Source: Aliivibrio fischeri ES114
GTDB taxonomy: Bacteria; Pseudomonadota; Gammaproteobacteria; Enterobacterales; Vibrionaceae
Assembly (NCBI RefSeq): GCF_000011805.1
Contig: NC_006840.2
DNA: 32,000 nt
Direction: 5' to 3' (one strand)
Shown piece by piece: positions 1 to 9,784 of this stretch. The notes beneath the pieces are model-generated. The model did not search any database. It was not told the origin of the DNA and saw nothing but the letters and a program-made list of their open reading frames with translations. The first letter of the stretch is position 1. Every line of letters begins with the position of its first letter. A program made the position numbers and the translations under genes.

Positions 1-664
1 GAAAGGCGAGACCAATAGCATCTGCATAGATTTCTAATTGTGGAAGTATGGCTTTGCCTTTATCACCAGCACAAAGAGCACCGAGTTGAACCGCACACTT
101 AATAAGAGCACCCGTTTTATTAGCATGAATGCGCTCAAGAGAGGCAAGGTCAACTTTTTTACCTTCAGCTTGTAAATCTAATGATTGTCCCATGCACATA
201 CCTGATGCACCTGATGCTTTTGATAATACGCGGATCATATCAATGCGTGATGTTTCTGCATCGTCACTTAATTGACCATTCGCTAATATTTCAAAAGCAA
301 GTGTTTGGAGCGCATCACCAGCAAGAATCGCTGTTGCTTCATCATATTTTATATGGCAAGTAGCATGACCGCGACGAAGATCATCATTATCCATTGCTGG
401 TAAATCATCATGGATTAATGAATAAGAGTGGACACATTCAATAGCTGCGGCTGCACTATCAGCAAATTCAGCTTTAATGCCAAGCATTTGTGCTGTGATA
501 TAAACTAAATATGGTCGAGCTCGTTTGCCACCTAACAACAATGAATATTTCATTGCTTCAGTTAGTGGTTGTTGCTGAATTTCGATTTTTTCAAGCCACT
601 GATTTAATTGTTCAATGTTTCTATTTTGAAAAAATGTAAGTTGTTGTTTTAGTGAATCAGTCAT
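1..664 (-). CDS. ispA: Farnesyl diphosphate synthase / geranyltranstransferase, 3' end cut off by window edge
   Basis: Manual minus-strand reading from ATG at 664: [26 protein letters not shown]...[13 protein letters not shown]...[18 protein letters not shown] (prenyltransferase DDxxD-type motif); overlaps the end of xseB. Confidence 0.93.
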   Translation of the reverse strand, partial: MTDSLKQQLTFFQNRNIEQLNQWLEKIEIQQQPLTEAMKYSLLLGGKRARPYLVYITAQMLGIKAEFADSAAAAIECVHSYSLIHDDLPAMDNDDLRRGHATCHIKYDEATAILAGDALQTLAFEILANGQLSDDAETSRIDMIRVLSKASGASGMCMGQSLDLQAEGKKVDLASLERIHANKTGALIKCAVQLGALCAGDKGKAILPQLEIYADAIGLAF

Positions 665-899
665 CTTGTCCATCAAAAGGTGTTAGTTCTGCGTTATCGT
701 CAGCTTGAAGAAGAATTTCTACTCGTTGTTCTGCTTGAGTTAGTTTTTCTTGTCCAGCTCGTGCTAGAGAAATGCCTCGTTCAAACTTCTTCAATGCATC
801 TTCAAGAGGCAAATCGCCACTTTCTAATTGATTGACGACAGAATCCAGTTCTTCTATTGCCGCTTCAAACGATAAATTTTCAGGTTTTTTTACAGCCAT
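657..899 (-). CDS. xseB: Exodeoxyribonuclease VII small subunit
   Basis: 80 aa [48 protein letters not shown], typical XseB; adjacent to ispA. Confidence 0.95.
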   Translation of the reverse strand: MAVKKPENLSFEAAIEELDSVVNQLESGDLPLEDALKKFERGISLARAGQEKLTQAEQRVEILLQADDNAELTPFDGQDD

Positions 900-1057
900 A
901 ATGATTCACTCTTAAAATGATCCAAGAAAGGTAACTCAGAGAGAGGTGAGGGTCAATTGAACAGGTGAGAAAGTCACGTATAAAAGTAAAATTTAGTGAT
1001 TAAGGGCTACTTTTCAATCGATATCTTAATAGGACGAATCTTTTTGTACAAAAAAAT

Positions 1058-1084
1058 TAAACCATCCAACGCTTTGGTCGATAA
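1058..1084 (+). promoter_or_regulatory. Candidate sigma-28 (FliA) promoter for pomAB
   Basis: TAAA - 15 nt - GTCGATAA, compared with consensus TAAA-N15-GCCGATAA; about 95 nt upstream of the pomA GTG. Confidence 0.7.
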
Positions 1085-1177
1085 GAAATAAGCGGCAAAA
1101 AAGCGATACAATTTTATGGCTTAAATTTTGCTTAGCACTTTGTAAGTAAACACAAGCAGCATATAGGGGAGCGCTCT

Positions 1178-1942
1178 GTGGATTTAGCAACGTTAATAGG
1201 CTTAGTTGGTAGTTTTGCATTTATTATTATGGCAATGGTACTGGCTGGTGGTTTAGCCATTTTTATGGACACAACATCGGTTTTAATCGTAGTTGGTGGT
1301 TCAATTTTTGTTGTTTTAATGAAATTTACCGTAGGCCAATTTTTTGGCGCTGGTAAAATTGCAGGTAAAGCATTTATTTTTAAAACAGATGAACCTGTTG
1401 ATCTTATTGTAACTATTGTTGAAATGGCTGATGCGGCTCGTAAAGGCGGTTTCTTAGCATTAGAAGAAAAAGAAATCAGTAACTCTTTTATGCAAAAAGG
1501 TATTGATTTATTGGTTGATGGTCATGATGCTGAAGTTGTGAAAGCAACATTACAAAAAGACATCGCATTAACGAATGAACGTCATGAACGTGGTGTTGGT
1601 GTATTTACCGCTTTTGGTGACGTAGCTCCTGCAATGGGTATGATTGGTACCTTAGTTGGTCTAGTAGGTATGTTATCAAACATGGATGATCCTAAATCTA
1701 TCGGTCCTGCAATGGCGGTTGCGCTATTAACAACACTATATGGTTCGGTAATTTCAAACATGGTTGCATTCCCTATTGCTCATAAACTTGAATTACGTAA
1801 AGAACAAGAAAAATTGAATCGCCGTTTAATTCTTGATGGCATTTTGGCGATTCAAGATGGTCAAAACCCACGTGTTATTGATAGCTACTTACGTAACTAT
1901 TTAAATGAGAAAAAACGTGTTGTTGACACTGGCGAAGAATAA
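1178..1942 (+). CDS. pomA: Flagellar motor stator protein PomA/MotA (sodium-type), GTG start
   Basis: MDLATLIGLVGSFAFIIMAMVLAGGL...GDVAPAMGMIGTLVGLVGML; GTG codon preceded by ggggag. Confidence 0.95.
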   Translation: MDLATLIGLVGSFAFIIMAMVLAGGLAIFMDTTSVLIVVGGSIFVVLMKFTVGQFFGAGKIAGKAFIFKTDEPVDLIVTIVEMADAARKGGFLALEEKEISNSFMQKGIDLLVDGHDAEVVKATLQKDIALTNERHERGVGVFTAFGDVAPAMGMIGTLVGLVGMLSNMDDPKSIGPAMAVALLTTLYGSVISNMVAFPIAHKLELRKEQEKLNRRLILDGILAIQDGQNPRVIDSYLRNYLNEKKRVVDTGEE

Positions 1943-1957
1943 GACTGGGAGTCACTA

Positions 1958-2887
1958 ATGGAAGATGAAAACGACTGCAAATGTCCTCCTGGTGCCCCCT
2001 TATGGATGGCAACATTTGCTGACTTAGCAACATTATTAATGTGTTTTTTCGTTCTATTACTTTCGTTCTCAGAAATGGATGTATTGAAGTTTAAGCAGAT
2101 TGCAGGTTCAATGAAGTTTGCTTTTGGTGTGCAAAACGTTTTAGAAGTAAAAGACATACCAAAAGGGACAAGTGTTATTGCTCAAGAATTCCGCCCGGGA
2201 CGACCTGAGCCTACGCCAATTGAAGTTATCATGCAGCAGACAATCGATATTCCACAGAAAACATTAGATTTTCATGATGGAGAATCGGATCGTGCTGGTG
2301 GTACTAAACGAGAAGCGGGCAAGCAAACAGGTGGTGAGTCGCCATCTAACTCGACACAAACGAGTGCTCAAAGTAATTCAGAATCTGAAAGTCAAACTCA
2401 AAGCCAACAAGAGTTAGAAGATACGATTAAAAAAGCACTAGAGCGCGAGATTAGTGAAGGGGCGATTGAGGTTGAGAATTTAGGTCAACAGCTTGTTATC
2501 CGTATTCGAGAAAAAGGTGCATTTCCTGCAGGTTCAGCCTTTTTACAACCAAAGTTCCGTCCACTTATTCGTCAAATTGCTGAATTAGTGAAAGATGTTC
2601 CAGGTATCATTCGTGTATCAGGTCATACTGATAATCAGCCTTTAGATTCAGAGCTTTATCGTTCTAATTGGGACTTATCTGCTCAACGAGCAGTTTCCGT
2701 TGCTCTTGAGATGGAAAGAGTTAAAGGCTTTGAAAGTGACCGTTTACGTGTTCGTGGTATGGCGTCAACAGAACCACTAGTTTCAAATAAAACGGCTGAA
2801 GGGCGAGCTCGAAATCGCCGTGTTGAAATCAGCATCATGCAGGGTAAACCTCATGAAAGTGATGAAGTACCTAGTGCTCAACCGTAA
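1958..2887 (+). CDS. pomB: Flagellar motor stator protein PomB/MotB
   Basis: DCKCPPGAPLWMATFADLATLLMCFFVLLLSFSEMD plus C-terminal OmpA-like peptidoglycan-binding domain (VSGHTDNQP...RRVEISI). Confidence 0.95.
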   Translation: MEDENDCKCPPGAPLWMATFADLATLLMCFFVLLLSFSEMDVLKFKQIAGSMKFAFGVQNVLEVKDIPKGTSVIAQEFRPGRPEPTPIEVIMQQTIDIPQKTLDFHDGESDRAGGTKREAGKQTGGESPSNSTQTSAQSNSESESQTQSQQELEDTIKKALEREISEGAIEVENLGQQLVIRIREKGAFPAGSAFLQPKFRPLIRQIAELVKDVPGIIRVSGHTDNQPLDSELYRSNWDLSAQRAVSVALEMERVKGFESDRLRVRGMASTEPLVSNKTAEGRARNRRVEISIMQGKPHESDEVPSAQP

Positions 2888-2927
2888 TTCGAGTTAAAGA
2901 GCTCAGTGATAATTAAGATAATAATGA

Positions 2928-2961
2928 AAGGCGAGTTGAATTAGCAACTCGCCTTTTTTTT
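2928..2961 (+). terminator. Rho-independent terminator after pomB
   Basis: AGGCGAGTTG-aattag-CAACTCGCCT followed by a T run. Confidence 0.9.
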
Positions 2962-3046
2962 CGGTATAATCTTGCGCCTTAGATTAGGTCCTGAACCAAC
3001 CTTATCTATCCTTTTGATTGTTTTCCTACATCAGTGAAGTCTATAT

Positions 3047-4495
3047 ATGAAGTTTATCGTTAAGCCACACCCAGAAGTTTTTGTTAAAAGTGATTCAGTA
3101 CGTAAGCGCTTTATTCGTATTCTTGAATCTAACCTACGCAGTATTATTCAGCGTGAAACCAAAGGTGTTGAAGTCATCAACCGTCGTGATCATATCGAAG
3201 TGACAGGACTGAGTGATGAATACCGTGATGTAACATTGGCGGTACTAACGCAAACTCCAGGTATTCATCATGTACTTGAAGTTAAGCAGTCAGGCTTTAA
3301 AGACATGCACGATATTTTTGAGCAATGTCTTGAAATGAACCGTGAAGTGATTGAAGGTAAAACGTTCTGTGTACGTGTTAAGCGTCGTGGTAATCATGAC
3401 TTTACGTCTATTGAGCTTGAGCGCTACGTTGGTGGCGGTTTAAATCAATCAGTAGAAAGTGCAAGTGTTCGTCTAAAGAACCCTGAAGTGACGGTTAAAT
3501 TTGAAGTAGCAAATGATAAATTAAACTTGATCATTGCTCGTCATAAAGGCTTGGGTGGTTTTCCTCTTGGAACTCAAGAAGATGTATTAAGCTTGATTTC
3601 TGGTGGTTTTGATTCTGGTGTATCAAGCTACTTACACATTAAACGTGGTTCAAAAGTACACTACTTATTCTTTAATTTAGGTGGTCCAGCTCACGAGATT
3701 GGCGTGAAACAAGTGTCGCACTTCTTGTGGAAAAAATACGGTTCATCAGCAAAAGTTAAATTTATCTCTGTTGATTTTGATCCAGTTGTTGCTGAGATCT
3801 TAGAGAAAGTCGATGATGGTCAAATGGGTGTTATCTTAAAACGTATGTTTATGCGTGCAGGTGGCATGGTTGCTGAGAAATTTGGCATTGAAGGATTAGT
3901 TACTGGTGAAGCATTAGGTCAAGTATCTAGTCAAACACTAACTAACTTACGCCATATTGATAATGTAACTGATTCACTGATTCTACGTCCTCTAATTAAC
4001 TGGGACAAAGAAGATATTATTGATTTAGCTCGTGAGATTGGCACTGAAGATTTCGCTAAAACAATGCCTGAATACTGTGGTGTAATTTCTAAGAAACCAA
4101 CAGTAAAAGCAGTAAAAGAAAAACTAGAAAAAGAAGAAGCGAAATTCGATTTCTCTGTTCTTGAGCAAGCGGTTTATAACGCGCGAGTTATGGACATTCG
4201 TGATATTGAAAAAGAAAGCCAAGAGCAAGCTCCAGAAGTTGAAATGGTATCTGAGCTAGGTTCTGATGTTGTGGTTCTTGATATCCGTAGTGCTGAAGAA
4301 GAAGATGAGAAGCCATTAGAGCTTGATGGTGTTGAGGTGACTCACATTCCTTTCTTCAAATTAGCAACTAAGTTTGGTGATCTAGACCAATCTAAAGAGT
4401 ACTTATTATACTGTGAGCGTGGTGTGATGAGCCGTCTTCAAGCATTATTATTAATTGAGAATGGCTATAAGAACGTAAAAGTTTACCGTCCATAG
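3047..4495 (+). CDS. thiI: tRNA 4-thiouridine synthase / thiamine biosynthesis protein ThiI with C-terminal rhodanese domain
   Basis: 482 aa; THUMP region, PP-loop [12 protein letters not shown]-terminal rhodanese [14 protein letters not shown]. Confidence 0.95.
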   Translation: MKFIVKPHPEVFVKSDSVRKRFIRILESNLRSIIQRETKGVEVINRRDHIEVTGLSDEYRDVTLAVLTQTPGIHHVLEVKQSGFKDMHDIFEQCLEMNREVIEGKTFCVRVKRRGNHDFTSIELERYVGGGLNQSVESASVRLKNPEVTVKFEVANDKLNLIIARHKGLGGFPLGTQEDVLSLISGGFDSGVSSYLHIKRGSKVHYLFFNLGGPAHEIGVKQVSHFLWKKYGSSAKVKFISVDFDPVVAEILEKVDDGQMGVILKRMFMRAGGMVAEKFGIEGLVTGEALGQVSSQTLTNLRHIDNVTDSLILRPLINWDKEDIIDLAREIGTEDFAKTMPEYCGVISKKPTVKAVKEKLEKEEAKFDFSVLEQAVYNARVMDIRDIEKESQEQAPEVEMVSELGSDVVVLDIRSAEEEDEKPLELDGVEVTHIPFFKLATKFGDLDQSKEYLLYCERGVMSRLQALLLIENGYKNVKVYRP

Positions 4496-4515
4496 TTCGT
4501 AAATATGTAATATTT

Positions 4516-4549
4516 AAAAAGGGCGTTGATTATTCAACGCCCTTTTTTT
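4516..4549 (+). terminator. Bidirectional terminator between thiI and yajL
   Basis: AAAAA-GGGCGTTGattaTTCAACGCCC-TTTTTTT between convergent genes. Confidence 0.9.
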
Positions 4550-4567
4550 GTCTATCACCGATTGGAG

Positions 4568-5158
4568 TTAGACTTGATGATAATTAAGATTAGGAAGTGT
4601 TACTAAATCAGCAGCTAATTTAGCAGTAAGCTCTTTACCCGCAAGAGTTGTGACAATTTCCATCGCAAACTCAAGAGCCGAACCTGGACCCTGGCTTGTG
4701 ATTAAGTGATTTAGCACATCCGTAAATACACGCTTAATACGACGGTTTTTCTCTGGAATCGCTTCCATAAAGCTTGGGTAGCACGTCATTAATGCGTCTG
4801 GATATAAATTATGATGTTGTAAAACAATGGCTGGTGCAGCACAAATTGCAGCTACCCATTTTTCATCGTATTTTTGTTGTTTTAACATCTCAATGAGTAG
4901 GGTACTGTCTCTGAAATTTTCAGATCCTTTTAATCCACCCGGTAGAACAATACAATCAAACTCTTCATCAGCAACTTCAACCAGTTTTACATCAGCGGTT
5001 AACATCACTCTTTGTGCTGCCTTCATTGTTAATGAACCATCAAAAGCAGTACTAGCAACGGTTACATCAAATTTTGCTCGTTCTAGAATATCAATGACCG
5101 TAATGGCTTCTAATTCTTCAGTGCCGGGTGCTATACATACGAGAATTTTTTTCGTCAT
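4568..5158 (-). CDS. yajL: DJ-1/PfpI family protein YajL (ThiJ-like)
   Basis: MTKKILVCIAPGTEELEAITVIDILERAKFDVTVAS...ICAAPAIVLQ. Confidence 0.9.
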   Translation of the reverse strand: MTKKILVCIAPGTEELEAITVIDILERAKFDVTVASTAFDGSLTMKAAQRVMLTADVKLVEVADEEFDCIVLPGGLKGSENFRDSTLLIEMLKQQKYDEKWVAAICAAPAIVLQHHNLYPDALMTCYPSFMEAIPEKNRRIKRVFTDVLNHLITSQGPGSALEFAMEIVTTLAGKELTAKLAADLVTLPNLNYHQV

Positions 5159-6060
5159 AATGTGTTCTCTTCTAATTGTTTAATTTGATTATATAACGAT
5201 AGATTGGTAGGTGCTGAAATTCCATGAAATTCGGCTCGCTGTAATAAGTAGCCAGTAATAAAATCAATTTCAGTCTTACGTTGATAAAAACAGTCACGGT
5301 TCATTGATGAGTAATTAGCAGACGTTGCGGTTATTACTTGCGTGACCGTTGAGACTAATTCATTCTCTGTCCATTCAATATTTTCTTCTTGTAGAACTTG
5401 ATGTACTTCAGAGCAAATGTTCATTACATATTGATGGATGTCGGGTTGTGCTAATTGTCCATTCTTACATTGATGAATTGCTGTTAATGGGTTAATTGCA
5501 CAGTTGATAGCGAGTTTTTTCCATAATGCGATATTAATTTCTGGGTTCCAATCGACACTTGGCAAGCTATGATTTAATACATCTTGAATAAACTGACACT
5601 GTTTACCTAGTGGGTTAAATGGGCCTACTGAGGCATTTCCATAACCTGTATGGATTACGTTAGTGTTATTTTCTTTTAATGCACCATGAGTCGTCGTTGC
5701 TTGCAAAATTGGGTGGTGATTAATGTGTTCTTTTAAGTCATCAATTGCTCCCATGCCATTATGCATAAATAGCAGTATGGTTTCTTTTGATAATGATGGA
5801 AGTAAAGGGAGTAAGGCGCTTTCGACTTGCCAAGCTTTAACTGTAATTAATAGCAAATCACAATCGTTCAAGGCTTGTTTATCATTGCACTTAAATTGGT
5901 GTGATGAGTTTTCATTAGCGGATAATGAAAGTAGTTGCTCAGAAGGTGTTGAATTTCTTGTCCATAAACAGATATTGTGTCCTGCTTTTTGCAGATAGCA
6001 TGCCCATAAAGAGCCGACTGCACCAGGACCAAGAATGGTGATATTCACAGATGAATCCAT
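5155..6060 (-). CDS. panE: 2-dehydropantoate 2-reductase; internal start MDSSVNITILG preferred over the upstream start at 6108
   Basis: ITILGPGAVGSLWACYLQKAGH nucleotide-binding motif; KLAINCAINPLTA. Overlaps the yajL start by 4 nt. Confidence 0.88.
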   Translation of the reverse strand: MDSSVNITILGPGAVGSLWACYLQKAGHNICLWTRNSTPSEQLLSLSANENSSHQFKCNDKQALNDCDLLLITVKAWQVESALLPLLPSLSKETILLFMHNGMGAIDDLKEHINHHPILQATTTHGALKENNTNVIHTGYGNASVGPFNPLGKQCQFIQDVLNHSLPSVDWNPEINIALWKKLAINCAINPLTAIHQCKNGQLAQPDIHQYVMNICSEVHQVLQEENIEWTENELVSTVTQVITATSANYSSMNRDCFYQRKTEIDFITGYLLQRAEFHGISAPTNLSLYNQIKQLEENTL

Positions 6061-6100
6061 TAAGAAGAAATAATGAAAGCAGTGTAATTGGTTTGCTACA

Positions 6101-6130
6101 AAAAACAAAGGCGCTCATAGTGAGCGCCTT
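6101..6130 (-). terminator. Terminator for the ompK-like gene
   Basis: AAGGCGCTCA-tag-TGAGCGCCTT with an A-rich plus-strand 5' flank, i.e. T-rich on the minus strand. Confidence 0.75.
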
Positions 6131-6155
6131 AGTAAAATAGGTATTCTAAGTTAGA

Positions 6156-6929
6156 TTAGAAGTTATATTTCACTGTGTAAATTACAGCTTGATCAAGCTT
6201 TGTTTGACCTAGTTTATTATCAGCGTAGCGGTATTGGATACCAGTTGTTACAGCATCAGTCGCATTCCACCAAAGAGCTACGGCACCGTTCATTGATAGA
6301 TCATCTGTTTCACCAGAAACTGCAACATAATCATCAGTACGAGCAAATTCAGTTTCGTGCCAGTTTGATAGAGAGAAGCTTTGGTTACCTAGTTTAAAGT
6401 TATAACCTAATGCCCAACCAAACATACCACCGTTCATACCACTGAATGACTTAGCTGCTAATTGATCACCATTTTTGTCAAATTGGAATGAATTTGTTGT
6501 AATCGTATGATGGAAGCCAACCCAAGGGTTAAAGTACCAGTTATCACCGCTGAAGTTATATGAAACACCCGTAACGGTATTTTGAGCTGTGAAACCAGCA
6601 GAGTTTGTATTATAAAGTTGACCGTATAAACGTAATTCTTTTAGACCAGTTTTCCATGCAACACTACCTTTGATAGACGTTCGAGTTTCATCAAAGCCAT
6701 TTTCCATGTTTTCAAAATCAGCAAATCCGTATAATTCACCCCAAGAATAACCTGAACCACCTTCTAACTCTAGGTAGCTAAAGTCTTCTTTACCAGAACG
6801 ATCTGTTGTGTCATTTGACCAATCTAAGTAGTTCACACTCATGTTTGCAAAACCATATAGGTATTCAGCTTGAGCAGGAATAGCAACAGTTGTAGCAAGA
6901 ACAGATAGAGCTAAAAGGGATTTACGCAT
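6156..6929 (-). CDS. ompK: Outer-membrane channel of the Tsx/OmpK family
   Basis: Signal peptide MRKSLLALSVLATTVAIPAQA, then EYLYGFANMSVNYLDWSND...VIYTVKYNF with terminal aromatic typical of a porin. Confidence 0.87.
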   Translation of the reverse strand: MRKSLLALSVLATTVAIPAQAEYLYGFANMSVNYLDWSNDTTDRSGKEDFSYLELEGGSGYSWGELYGFADFENMENGFDETRTSIKGSVAWKTGLKELRLYGQLYNTNSAGFTAQNTVTGVSYNFSGDNWYFNPWVGFHHTITTNSFQFDKNGDQLAAKSFSGMNGGMFGWALGYNFKLGNQSFSLSNWHETEFARTDDYVAVSGETDDLSMNGAVALWWNATDAVTTGIQYRYADNKLGQTKLDQAVIYTVKYNF

Positions 6930-7099
6930 AATGGTATCTCTATAGTTATGTATTACAAAAAATGATAGAAGGACGATATGTATCGTTCTCGAATGACGCA
7001 GATAATATAGAGAAAGTTCACTTTTTTAAATGCAATTTATGTAATAGCAATGTTATATGTAGATCTCGATCGTGTTTATAAATTGAGCTAAGAAAATAA

Positions 7100-7115
7100 G
7101 GTGATCAATATCACT
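7100..7115 (-). promoter_or_regulatory. CRP-like site upstream of ompK
   Basis: GGTGA-TCAATA-TCACT (TGTGA-N6-TCACA, 8/10); a minus-strand TATAAA at about 7080-7075 places the site near -41. Confidence 0.5.
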
Positions 7116-7155
7116 TACTTGACAAAACTCTGACGTAAAAATGTGAACAGAAACA

Positions 7156-7179
7156 AAAAGGCCTCCTAGATTAGGAGGC
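7156..7179 (-). terminator. Terminator for ampG
   Basis: Stem GCCTCCT-agatt-AGGAGGC; plus-strand AAAAA 5' of the stem gives a U-run on the minus strand. Confidence 0.85.
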
Positions 7180-7210
7180 TTTGGTAGCACAGTTGTTACG
7201 TATAAGAACT

Positions 7211-8554
7211 TTAAGAGCTTTGATGCTTATCAAGAAGCGCTTTGAAATACCCTTTAAGCATAAGCAGCATAATTAGACTAGGGATAACCATTACCGCTGT
7301 TAATATAAAGAATAAAGGCCAGCTATTTAAATAGTCGGCTAACTCACCACTAAAAGACGCTAATGTTGTTCTACCTAAGTTGCCTAATGAAGCCAGTAAT
7401 GCATATTGAGTCGCAGAGAATGCTTCTCCAGTAAGTATGGTTAAGAAGGATACAAAGGCGACGGTTGAAAACGCCGTTGTGAAGTTATCAACAATAATCG
7501 TTGCTAGGAATAAATGTTCATTAGGACCGACATTGGCGATAAGCGCAAACATTAGATTACTTGCAGCCATAGCGACACCGCCAATCATTAAGCCTTTTAC
7601 AACCCCAAAACGAACGTTGATTAAGCTGCCTAATAGGGTGAAGAATACGGTTGCTCCCCAGCCGATCAGTTTAGAGTAATAGCCAATTTGTTCGTTACTA
7701 AATCCGATTTCTTTATAAAAAGTGATCGACATTCTTCCCAGAAAAGCCTCACCAATTTTAAATAAGAAAACAAATAGTAGAAGGGTACAGGCTGTCTTTA
7801 CTCCATTTCGGTTAAAGAAATCATAAAATGGCTCAATTACTGTTACAGTAAACCAAGCGGCAACTTTAGAACCAACCAATTTATTGTGACGCTCTTCGGC
7901 TTCGTGCTGTAGCTCATCACGTTTGGTTTTTGGTTCACCAACTAATAGAGTGAATACCATTAATAAGCCAACAATTCCTGCCATACCATAGTAAACGCCA
8001 TTCCATCCGATGCTGTCTGCATTAATAAAAGCGAGATAACCAGGTAATGAATAGCCTGTCCACCAACCAATGACGGCCATTGCTGATGCTTGAGGCATTT
8101 TAGTTGATTCTGATTTTGGGAAAGTATCAATACGAAATGCATCAATGGCAACATCTTGTGTCGCTGATGCTGTTGCAATAGCGAGTGCAAACATTGATGT
8201 TAGCATTAAATTTTTGGATGGATCTAAGCCCGCAATTTGTAATGTGCAGAAGAAAACAATAGCTTGGCAAACGAAGATCCAACTGCGACGTTGACCAAGT
8301 TTATTTCCAATAAAAGGAAGTTTTACACGATCAACCAGCGGTGCCCACATAAAATTAATGGCATATACAGCAAATACAGAACCAAAATAACCAATGGCAG
8401 CTCGAGTCAGTCCTGCATCTTTTAGCCAACCTGACATATTTGAGCCAATAAGCACCCAAGGAAAACCACTAGAACAACCTAGCATGAAAACCCAAAGTAA
8501 ACGTTTATCCATGTAGCTTTTTATGGCTGTTTTCCATTGCATGGAATGAGACAT
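7211..8554 (-). CDS. ampG: Muropeptide MFS transporter AmpG
   Basis: LWVFMLGCSSGFPWVLIGSNMSGWLKDAGLTRAAIGYFG...GLDPSKN..SATQDVAIDAFRID; gene order yajG-ampG. Confidence 0.93.
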   Translation of the reverse strand: MSHSMQWKTAIKSYMDKRLLWVFMLGCSSGFPWVLIGSNMSGWLKDAGLTRAAIGYFGSVFAVYAINFMWAPLVDRVKLPFIGNKLGQRRSWIFVCQAIVFFCTLQIAGLDPSKNLMLTSMFALAIATASATQDVAIDAFRIDTFPKSESTKMPQASAMAVIGWWTGYSLPGYLAFINADSIGWNGVYYGMAGIVGLLMVFTLLVGEPKTKRDELQHEAEERHNKLVGSKVAAWFTVTVIEPFYDFFNRNGVKTACTLLLFVFLFKIGEAFLGRMSITFYKEIGFSNEQIGYYSKLIGWGATVFFTLLGSLINVRFGVVKGLMIGGVAMAASNLMFALIANVGPNEHLFLATIIVDNFTTAFSTVAFVSFLTILTGEAFSATQYALLASLGNLGRTTLASFSGELADYLNSWPLFFILTAVMVIPSLIMLLMLKGYFKALLDKHQSS

Positions 8555-8640
8555 GAAACGCTCCTTGTTATTTGTTCTTATTGAAATAGATAGAAAAAGC
8601 AGCCCGAAAGCTGCTTTAGAGTAGTGCTATATTAACTAAA

Positions 8641-9201
8641 TTATTTAATTAATGTTGCTTTAGTTATGATAATTGGCTCAACTGGAATATCGCGCATACC
8701 ATTTGGTAGAGCTTTGGTTTTCTTAGTTGCCATTTTTTGAATCACATCAAAACCTTGTGTTACTTTACCAAACACTGCATAACCCGGTGGACGCTGACTT
8801 GCGTTTAAGAAATCATTGTCATTTAGGTTGATGTAGAATTGGCGAGTGGCAGAATCTGGGTTGTTAGTTCGAGCCATTGCAATTGTAGCAGTGTCATTAC
8901 CTAAACCGTTATAGCCTTCATTTTTGATAGGCCCATAGCTTGGCTTTTTTATCATATTTTTATCAAAACCACCACCTTGAGCCATGAAGCCTGGGATTAC
9001 TCGGTGAAATTGAGTTCCAACATAACTGCCATCTTCAACATAACGGATGAAGTTTGCCACAGAAATAGGAGCTTTCTCTGAATTTAGTTCAACAGTAAAG
9101 TTACCCAATGTGGTTTCAAATTTTACCGATTCTGCTAGAGCCATTTGACTTGTGCTAAGAGCAGCAATAATTAATGCGGCTTTTGAAATCATTTTAATCA
9201 T
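8641..9201 (-). CDS. ppiA: Periplasmic peptidyl-prolyl cis-trans isomerase (cyclophilin, PpiA-like)
   Basis: Signal peptide, then VKFETTLGNFTVELNSEKAPISVANFIRYV...FHRVIPGFMAQGG. Confidence 0.85.
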   Translation of the reverse strand: MIKMISKAALIIAALSTSQMALAESVKFETTLGNFTVELNSEKAPISVANFIRYVEDGSYVGTQFHRVIPGFMAQGGGFDKNMIKKPSYGPIKNEGYNGLGNDTATIAMARTNNPDSATRQFYINLNDNDFLNASQRPPGYAVFGKVTQGFDVIQKMATKKTKALPNGMRDIPVEPIIITKATLIK

Positions 9202-9770
9202 TAAAAGTTACCTTTAATGTATGTTTGTAATTCTTCATCAACAGCGATTTTATCTAATACTGCATTTAATAAGTCATTAAGAACTTGTTCAATGTCTTGA
9301 TTATCAGCACTCATAGAGCCTGTTTTTTCTGATACGCCATTATAGGTTTTAACAAACTTACCTTTTGGTGTTTCTGCTGTAATTTGAAGCTTAACCTGAG
9401 TTTTGATTTCATTACTCATTAGAGAATGTTGCACACTTACTAGAGCTTCAATAATATCTAAACGTAATGTGTTATCGCTATCTACTGTAATAACAAAACC
9501 TTGAGTTTTAAGTTGTGAAGATAATGCGTCTTCTAGAGTTACACGTAGATTTTGTTTTGCGTGAATTGGTTGTACATTTTGACGACCATTATCAATTACA
9601 GCGACGTATTGTGCAGTACGTAAATCGCTGCTATCTAATGTTAACTTAATACCATCAACGATTTGGTGAGCATTTGATGATGCTTTAGGTTGAATATCCA
9701 ATTGTGGATCTGATGGAGCACTACAAGCAGCTAAAAAAAGTGCAGAAAGGGCAATGATGACCTTTTTCAT
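9201..9770 (-). CDS. yajG: YajG-family lipoprotein
   Basis: Lipobox LFLAACS; conserved synteny with ampG and bolA. Confidence 0.85.
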   Translation of the reverse strand: MKKVIIALSALFLAACSAPSDPQLDIQPKASSNAHQIVDGIKLTLDSSDLRTAQYVAVIDNGRQNVQPIHAKQNLRVTLEDALSSQLKTQGFVITVDSDNTLRLDIIEALVSVQHSLMSNEIKTQVKLQITAETPKGKFVKTYNGVSEKTGSMSADNQDIEQVLNDLLNAVLDKIAVDEELQTYIKGNF

Positions 9771-9784
9771 GGTGTAATCCTTTT

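Noticed and set aside
181-363. Plus-strand 60 aa ORF
   Set aside because: Antisense to ispA, which gives a clear prenyltransferase sequence; no ribosome-binding or family signal.
1026-1220. Minus-strand 64 aa ORF upstream of pomA
   Set aside because: Overlaps the sigma-28 promoter and pomA start; low-complexity translation without recognisable family.
1897-2157. Minus-strand 86 aa ORF opposite pomA/pomB
   Set aside because: Antisense shadow of conserved coding sequence.
7050-7075. ATGTAGATCTCGATCGTGTTT as a second CRP site
   Set aside because: Half-sites do not align with TGTGA-N6-TCACA spacing; it overlaps the predicted -10 region.
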